From positions 1 to 16,166 of the forward strand of contig CAXIUT010000059.1 of the NCBI GenBank assembly GCA_964035545.1: 16,166 nucleotides of DNA, written 5' to 3'. The notes beneath the pieces are model-generated. The model was not told the DNA's origin. It worked only from the letters and a program-made list of their open reading frames with translations, and searched no databases. This stretch comes from Bugula neritina. Taxonomy: Eukaryota; Animalia; Bryozoa. The position numbers and the translations under genes are program-made. Shown piece by piece: positions 1 through 10,107 of this stretch (positions are counted from its first letter, which is position 1; every line of letters starts with the position of its first letter).

Positions 1-82
1 CCCAACCCCAACCCCAACCCCAACCCCAACCCCAACCCCAACCCCAACCCCAACCCCAACCCCAACCCCAACCCCCAACCCC
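1..82 (+). repeat. Left telomere, (CCCCAA)n ciliate C4A2 repeat
   Basis: Tandem CCCCAA from base 1 to 82, with one C5 variant at 72-76. The C-rich strand is at the 5' end, as expected for a chromosome end. Confidence 0.99.
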
Positions 83-151
83 TGGCATCATATCACTTCA
101 ATAGATATAGTTTGTATTATGTTGATATTATTTATGATAAAATCAATACTC

Positions 152-1342
152 ATGAAGACCTTGCTTTCAGTCCTTCTACTCGCAATAGCTGAAACGAAAA
201 TGCTTTACACCTATTCGATTATGCGTCATGGAGCCAGATATCCAGTTAATGATTTCTACGATGGAAATTAAACTCAATAGTCTAGAGGATTACTCACGCC
301 AGTAGGATTAAGGCAACATTACAATTTAGGTACCTATCTTAAACAAAACTACATAACTGAATAACAACTTACTACACCGAAATTTAATCCCAATCATGTC
401 TAGTTTTTTGCAACATCCAAGCAAAGAACCATGAACTCTGCTCTTGCTTTTATATATGGATTTTATCCTTTAGGGTAAGGTTGGACTATCCCTAATGAAG
501 TTTCTTCTGATAAACTGGTTCCTCCTTATACTCCATTGTTTCCTGATTCTCTAAGTTCAGAACAAGATGAAGCCTTTGCTTTGAATAAAGGTTTTCAACC
601 TCTTCCTGTTCGTCCTCTTGACAGCATCCTTGATAACTGTCCTAACTATGATACTTTATGGTCAGACAGAATAAGACAAATGACAAAACCACTCAGAGAT
701 TTTTAGATGTAGCAAAAAGCCAATATTTTCAGGATGAAAGATCTTTTTAATTTAAGTTCATCTCAAACTAGTCTTCAAAATATGTCAGATCTTTATGATA
801 CTGTTTATTCAGATATGAATCTTGGTCGATCTTTGCCCAGATTATTCACAGAATTAGACCTTAGAAATTTAAAATATATGTATTAGTACTATAACACTCT
901 TCTTTTTGCAGGAGACTTTGGAAGAATTCTATCCACTCCTACATTCAGAATGTTAAGAAGTAAACTAGATGGGGCTGTGAAGAACAGTAGTTTAAAATTA
1001 TCATTTGTTTTTGGACATCAGTCAAATCTCCATCCTTTGTTGACTCTCATGAATTTTACAAGTTCTGAATGTTTAACCCAAAAATGGAAAGGATAAACTG
1101 TCACAAGTCTAAACTGTGCTGTTCCTGTTCAATTCGCATCAAACATCATCTTCGAGTTGCATGTTGATGACTCTAATAATAACTATATCAGAATAAAAAA
1201 CAATGGATATTATATGAATTTATGTGAAAGAAAAGATACTAGTTGCAAATATACTTAATTCATAGAAAGAATCAAAGCAATGGAGACTAATTTTGAAGAA
1301 TAGTGCAAAGTTAAAAAAGAAATGAATATAATAGAAATGTGA
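152..1342 (+). CDS. Histidine acid phosphatase (branch 2), secreted or lysosomal, 396 aa
   Basis: Open from ATG152 to TGA1340-1342 when TAA/TAG are read through. Signal-peptide-like start MKTLLSVLLLAIA. Catalytic RHGARYP at 224-244, followed by GLLTPVGLRQHYNLG, RTMNSA..F.YGFYP, FQPLPV and FASNIIFELH. The HD position reads GHQSN. No introns needed. Confidence 0.93.
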
Positions 1343-1378
1343 TATCTAAACAAATATTATTGATATTTTTATTTATAA

Positions 1379-2813
1379 TCAGTTAAATACAACATCAACT
1401 TAGTTTAGTTCTTTTGTATTATATGTTTCTTAAGATTATTCGATCTATTTAGCAACTTTTATATCTCCAGCTTCCATCCATTTGTACAAAGAGGATAAAT
1501 AATAAACTAAAAAGATTTAGAGGATCAAACCTATGGAAGACATAAATCTCCAACCAAAAAATCCACATATTTCAGTATGTATAAATTTAAGGTTTCCAAA
1601 GTTATAGAAGCTTCCCAAGAGAGTGATATACATTCCTGAAAGGGCATGAAGAGGAAACTAATTGATAACAACTCCAAAGACAAAGAACCTCCAAGAATCC
1701 AATAAATTTTTAAAGAAAGTATAGATACCAAAGATCCAGGGATTGAGAGGAAAGAAAACAAGTATAAAAGTACTTAACAAAACCATTCCTAAAGTAGTAA
1801 ATGCTATTGAATTATACTGTCCACCTATCATTTTAGTCCATCTGCTAAAATAAAAAGTTAAAATGATTATTGGGATAATAATTATATTTTCAATTGTATT
1901 CATTGTATCTCTAGAAAATCCAGCTTTTACTAGCTAGTAGTCATATAGAGAATTGAAAAAGTTAAGACCTTGGTTATAGATAAGAGCTACAAAGCAAAAT
2001 CTAAAATATTTAGTCTTCTTTTGTAGAAATACATTGTAGTAAGATAAAATTTAACAAAATGTAAATCTACTTCCTCTTCTCTCACTTTCTAAAATCTTCT
2101 ACTTAAATTTAAGATGAATGATCAATAGAGGTATCAATATGAGAACACAAAATGAACTAATAACAACTTGAGGACTAGTAATAGGTTTATCAAGACCAAT
2201 CAAATCAGCAAAATCATGTGATGTTAATTTAAGCAAAAGCAATCCTCCAACTAGAATTCCAAATACTTATGACCATGATTGTATCATACTTGATTCATGT
2301 GCATTTGGTATTTATTTTACTATCAGAGAATGTAAGGCAATATTTGAAGAACCATGCCAATCATCATAATTATACATAGAAAAGCAAAGAATTTAGCATG
2401 TTAGATATCAGTGTAAAAAGATCCATAGAAAAGAGTAAATCCTGTAAGAATTTGACTAATCATGATCCAAGTTTTTCTTTTCCCGTATTAAATATTACTA
2501 TGTTTTTATAGAAAAGGGGCTTTATAAAAGTTAGAGTACCAAGTAAAAATTTAAGAGAGTAAGGCAGAGTAACAGAATGAAAGAGAGCCATTGTGTGTAT
2601 ATCTGGAAGAGATGGGTAGATATATGGCATAGTACCTGCAATACCCATGATGACACCTTGTACAAAATAGAGATAACTGAAGAGAACAAAAAGAATTTTA
2701 GGTGTTTCTTATAAGTGTTTGATTTGGTATTATTTGTTCTAGATATGCTCATTTAATTCTGGAGTTTATTTTTGGATATTTAAATTCATTTCTTAACTTT
2801 AGTTAAAATTCAT
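1379..2813 (-). CDS. SLC33A1: Acetyl-CoA transporter (SLC33A1/AT-1, AmpG-like MFS), copy A; one 20-nt intron (2520-2539) and one 1-nt frame break near 2343-2345
   Basis: Motifs LYFVQGVIMG, LPYSLKFLL^APFL*K, YGKRKTWI, LVKAGFSRD, GMYITLLGSFYNFG. Colinear with copy B. Spliced length 1415 is 1 nt short of a multiple of 3; adding one base at CTTCAA|ATATTGCC restores LQ(N/D)IALH. Stop TGA at 1379-1381. Alternative start at 2789. Confidence 0.85.
2520..2539 (-). other. Spliceosomal intron, 20 nt
   Basis: GTACTCTAACTTTTATAAAG. Removal restores KFLL-APFL. Same position and phase as the paralog intron. Confidence 0.9.
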
Positions 2814-2837
2814 AATAAATTTGAATACAAAATAAAA

Positions 2838-4276
2838 TCAATTTTATTACTATATTTACAGTTGATTGTCTTGCTTTTTCTATGAGGGATCTTTTGTTTA
2901 TTGAATTTAGACAGGTACTTCGCTGCTTCCTTCATTCACCCATCCATACATTTTGGGAAGGAATATTATAATTACTATTTGAATAATAAAACCAGCTATT
3001 GTGCAATTTTTCCACCCGAATTTGCCACATAGCCAAGTATGAGGGGAATTTTGTTTTCCAAAATTTGAAAAACTAGCTAAAAATGTTATAAACATGCCAG
3101 TAAGAGCATGAATTGGAAAGTCATTGATCATATAAGTGATAACATAGAATCTCCAAGTTTAAAGTACACCTGTAACAAATGAAGTAAGGGCTACTACCCA
3201 TACAGAAAGAGGAAAGAAAATAGCAAGGTAAGCATTGAAAACAACCATAAGAGATAGAGTAAATATCAATGAATAGAGTTTTCCTCCGATAACATTCGTC
3301 CATTTTCCCAAAAAGAAAGTCATAATAACAGTTGGAATAACTAATAAGTTAGCAAGGGTATTCATAGTATCTCTTGAAAATCCAGCTTTGACAAGTTGAT
3401 AATCATATAAACTATTAAAGAAATTGAGACCTTGAAAATGAATAAGAAAGAAAACACAAGTTCTAAAATATCGACTTGATGGTGTGAGACAGACTTTGTA
3501 ATAGCAAATAATTTAACAAAATGAAAATCTACTTCCTCTTTCTTCGCTTGATAGGACAGCTTCTTCAAATTTAAAGTGAATTAGCAGTACTGGTATAAGA
3601 GTAAGTATCCCAAAGATAAGAAGTAGAAGTTGAGGAGTTGTAATAGGATGCGCTAATCCAACTGATGAAGCAAATTCTTGAGATGTTAATTTCAGTAAAA
3701 TAAGACCTCCAATAAGAATACCGCTTACTTGTGCATATCCGATAATGATGCTTGTCTGTGACTTAGATTTTAATTATTTAATCATAGCTGCATGTGCTGA
3801 AATATCTAGAATTGCCATAAAAGTTTGAGCTACAATGAACATTACAGCTATTAGATTGCTATACTTTTATTATGTGAAAAAACTAGACATAACTAAGATT
3901 ATTCCTCCTCCTGCTGTGCCAATTAGCATCCAAAATTTACGTTTTCCGTATAAAATATAGCTATATTTTTAGAGAAAAGGAGCTAAGTAAATTGATGAAT
4001 ACCTAGAATGAATTTAAACGAAAAAGGAAGCAAGTTGGCATTGAATAGAGCCATCGTGTTAACACTTGGAAGGTTGGGATAGATATAAGGAAGAGTTCCC
4101 ACCAAACCAGATATGATTCCTTGCAGTAGATACAGATAGGAGAAAAGTAAAAAGTATGGCCAATTAGTAATAGGTCCATCATCACTAAGATCATTGTTTT
4201 AACGATTTTCATTGTTAGGTTATTATTATAATTTTTTTATTTAAGCAACTTCTTATCCCTCGATGACTTATTTCAT
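2838..4276 (-). CDS. SLC33A1: Acetyl-CoA transporter (SLC33A1/AT-1-like MFS), copy B; one 20-nt intron (3983-4002), 472 aa
   Basis: Motifs LYLLQGIISG, LPFSFKFIL^APFL*K, YGKRKFW, ILDISAH, LVKAGFSRD, GMFITFLASFSNFG. Spliced length 1419 = 473 codons ending in TGA at 2838-2840. Confidence 0.88.
3983..4002 (-). other. Spliceosomal intron, 20 nt
   Basis: GTATTCATCAATTTACTTAG. Removal restores KFIL-APFL. Confidence 0.9.
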
Positions 4277-4371
4277 ATCTTTAAATAAAAATCTGTTAAA
4301 TATTTCTACTGGTCCTAACTTAGAAAGATTCAATTAGAATGATTAGTATGAAATAGTTATCATAAAAAATA

Positions 4372-5735
4372 TCAGAATTATAATTTATTGATAGCTGATC
4401 CTTGTAAATTTTTTCTACCTCCCAATGCTTATTTTATTTTATTTCTAACGATTAAAACTTATTCTTCTAATGCAGTCAATTTAATAGACAATACTAACTT
4501 TTATTCTTAACTAACTTATTTTTATTTAACTTTATCCATATTTTGTGCCTATTTTTCAATCATTCTCATCAATTTGTTTTGCTAATCAAACTATCCATTA
4601 CTTACTTCTTACATTTTTATCTTAAAATTGACTTGTGACAGGAAAAGAGCTGCCTGTTCTCCACTTAATTCACTTTTATTAGCCTTTTTTACCAAAGTTT
4701 CAATTATATGCTGGTTACATTTAAATTAATACTATATATCTTCATATTTCCTCAAAATTTACATATTTCGCTGTAATTCGAGCTCTTGAAGTTATTTTCC
4801 TTTAAGTTTCTGTGCATAATTTTATGCTCTTTTTATTCTTGCGTTTAATTAATGCTTTATTTTAGTGTATTTTTCTGACAATCTTTGATGTTATTGATTC
4901 TATAAATTAATACGTTCTTCATAGTATTACAATTTTTATATTAAAAGATCTTTTCCTTTTTATGTATTTCTCAACATATCTATTTCAAGTTTGAGAGATT
5001 CAGCACTTTATCTTTGAGCTATTTTCATTGCTATTTTTTAGTTTATTTTTTAATTCATTTATATTTAATTTTTAATCTATTCTTCATCTTTTTTCAGTCC
5101 CAAATATAACTTTTATACAGTTTATTCTTATTTTTTTAGTCCTCTAAATTTTTAATAAAGATGTTGAGTTTGTTTTTAAAGTTGTCTTATACTGTTTTCT
5201 AATTTAAGCTGATCTTTAGCAGCTTATTAACTATAAAGAACTCGACTAATAAGCGGATTAAACTGAACATTATATTCAACTGCTTTTACTTTACTTTCTT
5301 TTAGATTATTATTCGAATTTGATGAAATAAATTTAATTTTACATTGAAATTGTCCTATTTATTTTTGTTTATTAACGAAATGCAGTATTTTTGCTTCACC
5401 ATCTGCTGGTAATTCTTTTAATCGATTCAAACTAATGTTCATTGAAGCTATTCCTCTCAAAGAAGCTTAATTCTAAATAATTAAATAGATACTAGACTTT
5501 CTTCTTTATTATTTGGACAGGCCATAAGTCCAAATTTAAGGCTTTGCTATTCTATTATTTTATGAAATGAAAATATATTTCTTTGAAATTTAGGTCTATT
5601 TGAAGATGCTACTATATCTGTTCTAAATTTTTAAGGAGGGGTATCAACATTTTTGAAATCCATTTGAACAGCAATAAAGTAACATTTTTAAGCATCAGCA
5701 ATAGCGACATTATCTATAGTTATTTCTAATTTCAT
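4372..5735 (-). CDS. N-terminal C2-like domain plus long coiled coil (CCDC33-like architecture), 447 aa; one 20-nt intron (5473-5492)
   Basis: Starts MKLEITIDNV..CYFIAVQMD..KFRTDIVASSNRPKFQRNIFSF, a C2-type beta-strand pattern, then a K/E/L-rich heptad region. Spliced length 1344 = 448 codons to TGA at 4372-4374. The gene model is solid; the CCDC33 resemblance is from memory only. Confidence 0.7.
5473..5492 (-). other. Spliceosomal intron, 20 nt
   Basis: GTATCTATTTAATTATTTAG. Required to keep the frame. Confidence 0.8.
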
Positions 5736-5800
5736 AAGTTTTTTAATTTAAATATAAAATCTTTAATGAATAATTAAAAAAGAGAAGTATAAAGAATGAG

Positions 5801-6613
5801 TCATAGTTTATAATTTCGATATTTAGAAAAATTAACTTTTTTGTTTCTAAAAGATGGACTATTGCATCTCATCTAGGGAGACATATTTTATATTCTATCG
5901 AATTAAAAAAATGTTTTTTTTATCTATTGAGTCTAAGGCTCATTCCTTTTAAGTTAGCAACTCATATTTATCCTTTTCATTTGATCGAAATTTCGTTTTA
6001 TTGGCTTTTTTGTTGATGGCTATTGAATTACAGCTGGAATTTGATCTTTTAAATTAGAAAAGTTTCTTTTACGGATAAAAGTAACAATATTTTTAGAAGG
6101 TTTTACTCGAAATATGTTTTTTTACTATTAAAATTAATGTTTAAAACCTATATCAACTTGGTCAGGAGATTTATTATTTTCCAAAACAAGAAAGTTACCT
6201 AAAAATAAATAAATATAATACAAAGGTTTAGTACTTTTTATCTTTTTTCTTTTTTCATCACACAAACTTATTATCCTGAAATACATCTAGAACTATTCTT
6301 TCTCCAATTAATTTGATGTTTTGATTCATCTTAATTTCCTACTACTTTACTCTCAGTATATCTGAGTTGCTTAAAAGACTTAGGAAATCTATCTGATATA
6401 TTACTTTTTGTTTTTTAAAGTTTAGGACTTTAAGTTTAGGACTTGGTTAGAAAGAGATACATGAAGAGGGTCGAATAAATATTATTCGTCTGATATTTAT
6501 AGAAGTCGAGATGTGGCATTGGCTTAAGGATTATCATCAATTTCTTTATCCGAAAAAGTAAAGAAATTTATCTTTTCTGCAGAGATCAGCTAATTGTAGT
6601 TTTTCTTTGACAT
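5801..6613 (-). CDS. Hypothetical basic, low-complexity protein, about 256 aa; introns 6442-6460 (19 nt) and 6199-6221 (23 nt)
   Basis: Starts MSKKNYN*LISAEKINFF. Two GTA..AG introns give 771 nt = 257 codons ending YRNYKL-TGA. No recognisable domain. Confidence 0.6.
6199..6221 (-). other. Spliceosomal intron, 23 nt
   Basis: GTATTATATTTATTTATTTTTAG. T-rich and frame-restoring. Confidence 0.7.
6442..6460 (-). other. Spliceosomal intron, 19 nt
   Basis: GTATCTCTTTCTAACCAAG, containing a branch-like CTAAC. Frame-restoring. Confidence 0.6.
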
Positions 6614-6760
6614 AAAAATATTAAAATTACAGATCCTTTGATTTAATCAATACTGATTGAAAATTCATAATAGCTTACTAAGAAATGATTTGTTTGCTCT
6701 TTTCTTCAAAAAATATTTTGATAAATCTTTATATATATTTTATCAAACAAACAAACATAA

Positions 6761-7431
6761 TCAGAAATCACGATTTTAGTTACTATCTTTATCATTTTCA
6801 TACATTGGTATTTTAAGTTTATCTTCTTTTGAAAATTATTGAGCATCAATGATTCTACTCATTTTTATAACTTCAAGTCGATACTTTTATTACTTCAAAG
6901 CTTTCCTTCTCTGATGAATTAAATCCGAATGTCTTTGAATTTATTTTTCATTTGTATGAGGTAAATACTCTTTCAAACTGATATTTTTATCATTTTCTAA
7001 AACAACCTGAAGCTAATCTTAATCATAAGGAGTTGTTTTGATTTAAAAGTCGATTTTAGGAACTCTTAACTTATCTTTTTTGAATAGAGCTTTTTAGTAA
7101 GTATTGTGTAGAAGTTAATTTTTTTGAATAAGTAAATTATTTGGAGGACGATAGTTATTTGACTCCTGTTTCTTATCAACATAGCTAACATTTTCAATAT
7201 AATTTCTTAATAAAGAGTTTGATTGTGCGATTAATAAGTTTTTAATCATATTGGGATTCCAATTTTTTTAGCATTGATTTATTTGATTTATTTAGAGTTT
7301 GAAATTTGACTACAGATGTTGATCAGATGTTCTTTGATTGTATTGTAGTCAGATTTATATTCTGAAGAAATCTAAATCTTATTGAATGGAAATCTGTTAT
7401 CGAAATCCCTGGGTGATATAGGTTCAGACAT
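6761..7431 (-). CDS. Hypothetical protein, about 223 aa, with a 1-nt frame break in the A7 run (7263-7269)
   Basis: MSEPISPRDFDNRFPFNKI... runs into TGA shortly after the A7 run. One extra A gives AKKNWNPNMIKNLLIAQ..., open to TGA at 6761-6763 (671+1 = 224 codons). Confidence 0.6.
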
Positions 7432-7545
7432 ACGCTTTTTTGATATTATTATAGGCGGGATTAAAAGAGGTAGATTAGAACTTGATATAAGATAATAAAA
7501 GAAATATGAATATTGTTGAATTCTATCATGAATTTGATGAAGTTT

Positions 7546-8383
7546 TCATCTGCCATTAAACTTGGATAAAGTTATTTTGATTTATTTCTTTTAATGATTT
7601 TTGTTTTTTATTTTGAAAGTTAAATCTGAATAGTGTTTTATGCATTTAACTTTTTCTTTTAATTTAAGGATAAGACTTTAAAAGTGAGTTTTATAAAAGT
7701 TTAACTTCTATTGCGTTATTCCTTTTGATTTTTTAAGAATTTAATGACATTTTTATATCTAAATTTCAAAATCATCAAGTTCTTTTATAATCTATCTGAT
7801 ATAAGACTAAACTTAAAATTCAGATATTTTAGCATTTTAATTTGTTAGATTTATTCCTTTTTTGCTATTTATAGATTATTTATGACTTTTTTTATTCTTC
7901 CAGATGGTTGTTATTGTACTAAATATCATCTGTGATTCTATTTCTATACCTTAAATAATTTTTAGTAATAATTGTTTATTTGCCACTCCTTTAAAAGTTA
8001 ACTCTTACTAAACATATTCTTCAGAAGGTAATTGAAAAGGAGTTATTCTTTGAATTTATTTTCTTTAATTATTTTGATTTCCAAATTATTTTACAACATC
8101 TACTTTAATACATAAGTACCAATAGCTTTAGAAATATCATTAAAAGTTTGATTTGAATTAAAATTCTTCCCTTTTGTTAGTTGCTATCTTTCTTGGCTGA
8201 AGGATTTTCTTGTTCTTGATTTTTATTTTTTATATTGATGCTTGCGAATCTTAAAGGAGTGCTATTTTACTGTTCTTTGTTTTTGATTGAGCCAAGGAGC
8301 CATTCCTTCGATTTATATTTTTTATCAAGAGGTATTTCTGAATTGCTTTAAGTTTTATGGTGTATTTGTTTGTAAAGTTTCAT
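7546..8383 (-). CDS. Hypothetical protein; 20-nt intron (8100-8119); 5' end uncertain
   Basis: Core frame ..NQTFNDISKAI^DVVK..PFQLPSEEYV**ELTFKGVA..IIKELDDFEI.. ends at TGA 7546-7548. The start is either ATG8383 (needs one extra nt in the A-run at 8172-8175) or the in-frame ATG8303 (MAPWLNQ). Confidence 0.55.
8100..8119 (-). other. Spliceosomal intron, 20 nt
   Basis: GTACTTATGTATTAAAGTAG. Joins SKAI-DVVK. Confidence 0.7.
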
Positions 8384-8419
8384 AATAGTTGTTAAAATTT
8401 AAAATTAAATAACTATTAA

Positions 8420-9967
8420 TCAAAACCATACTTGTTTAGAGTTATCTTTCACAATATTGATTCTGTGATTAGTTTCATTCAAGTGATGGTTTAAGGTATC
8501 AAATTATATCTTTACTTTTGCAGGTATTGCTTCAAACTTTTCTTGACCTGACTTCTTCATCTGTTTATGACTCTATTTAATAGAATTCGGAACATCTTTT
8601 GAAGCCCTACCTTCAGTATGACGTATTTCTCTGGATTTATAATTTTGACCTACTGAAAATGGTCTTTTACTTAAAGGTGGCAATCTTTATTGAGTAATAG
8701 CAGAAGTTTGCTTTATATTTAAGGCCTTGAATTATAGCTATTCGTTTTCACATATAACATTCTAAAGAACTTTTATCATTCCTTAGTTTTGATCATTTTT
8801 AAGTTTTTTTCAGTTAATTAGCCTTTAGTTTAACACTATCTCTTATTTTAGCCTTAAAATCTTATTCTTTATTGTTCTTTCTATAAAATTATGAAGTTAA
8901 AGTTCTTTATCTATACTATTTTTCTTTGAATTTAAGTAAAAGACTCTTTCTTGTTGTATAGCAACTGGATTGAGACGATTATATCCTTTAAAAATTAGCT
9001 ATTTAAGGATCTTATTTTGAGGCTTAGGTTAATGAATGATAGGATCTGATAGTTTACGACGTCTTCTATTTCCTTTTACTTTAATAAATTAAGATATCTG
9101 TTTTTTATTATTTTAGTTTCGAGCTAATAGTTATTTAACTATCCTTTCTTTATTAGCTTGACAGACTCCAACAAAATCTTCAAAGAATTCTTGTCTATTG
9201 AAATCCATTACATCTTTCAAACAGTCCATAACTTTTCTAGCTTTTTTATGAGTAAGAAATTTTTGATTTTATGAATTTTTAAGTTGATCTTTATTTGATA
9301 TCTTTTTTTATGGAATAATAATTTTACTTTTTTCTGTAGGAAGACATTTCTTATCTAAAATTTATTCTTTTTTAACAATGATTTTACTATTTTAGCAGTC
9401 TTTAAGCTGATTTATTTAATCATAGTTACCATTTTCTAAATTTTTATTGATTAGAGTTAAGAGATTGAGCATATTACTGTATTAATTAGAAGCAAAATCA
9501 GTAATATTATTTACTAACTGTTAAAATTTTCCTTGTGACTCATCAGATAAAACTTTTTGACAAAATATTTTCAATTTTACGTATTTTTGGTAGAGATTAG
9601 GTGGTTTATGATTGGATTGATGGATAGTTGTAAATATTATTTAAAGAACTCTAAAGGTAAATCTTTTAAGTAGAACATTAACTCTGCTATTTGTTTATAT
9701 TTTATGTTAATTCTTTCTAACTATTTCCTATTTTTGTTAAATAAATGCTTTTATTTTGATTCTATGATCTTCAATAATTTGTTTATTTTGATTTATTTAG
9801 TCATTAATAAATAAGCTGTTCTCGATCTAACTTTGATTATTAAATATTTTAGAGATTGTTTAATTTAAAGAAAAAAAGTCTTCCTCAAGAAATTTTATAA
9901 GCTGAATCAGAAGATCAAGATCTGCTGAAATATTGTTTAAAGAGGAATGAGGCTATTCGAATATCAT
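8420..9967 (-). CDS. Hypothetical protein, about 515 aa, with an apparent internal TGA at 8810-8812
   Basis: One frame from ATG9967 (MIFE*PHSSLNNISADLDLLIQLIKFLEE) to KQVWF-TGA at 8420-8422, broken only by TGA8810-8812. Two compensating A-run indels (about 8878-8880 and 8804-8810) remove it. It could instead be two genes, the second starting at ATG8779. Confidence 0.6.
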
Positions 9968-10107
9968 GACAGTTTAATTATATATTTTTATTGATATTAT
10001 AGTATTTCATATAAATATTATTGATAGCGATATTCATCGCACTCATAATTAATTGAAAAAAAAAGTTCAATTAAAAAAGTGGAATTAGAATAAAAAGGTA
10101 TCTGAAT

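Noticed and set aside
1-82. Terminal repeats as a CRISPR array, microsatellite or transposon inverted repeats
   Set aside because: A hexamer with no spacers, C-rich at the 5' end and G-rich at the 3' end, is a telomere. No transposase or cas gene is present.
1928-1939. 12-bp palindrome TACTAGCTAGTA
   Set aside because: It lies within coding sequence, is not conserved in the paralog, and is compatible with chance.
2305-2345. Euplotes-like stop-directed frameshift in transporter copy A
   Set aside because: Paralog alignment places the frame change at the A3 run, about six codons before the TGA (IALHSL matches ISAHAA). That fits an indel rather than slippage at the stop.
7244-7548. TGA=Trp read-through fusing the 7546-8383 and 6761-7431 genes
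   Set aside because: The sequence after TGA7546 is T-rich and spacer-like, with a good ATG at 7431. The TGA near 7246 is explained by an A-run indel. Conserved Trp sites use TGG.
8414-8432. Candidate 19-nt intron GTATGGTTTTGATTAATAG joining two genes
   Set aside because: The spliced frame hits TGA about ten codons later, so it does not fuse the genes.
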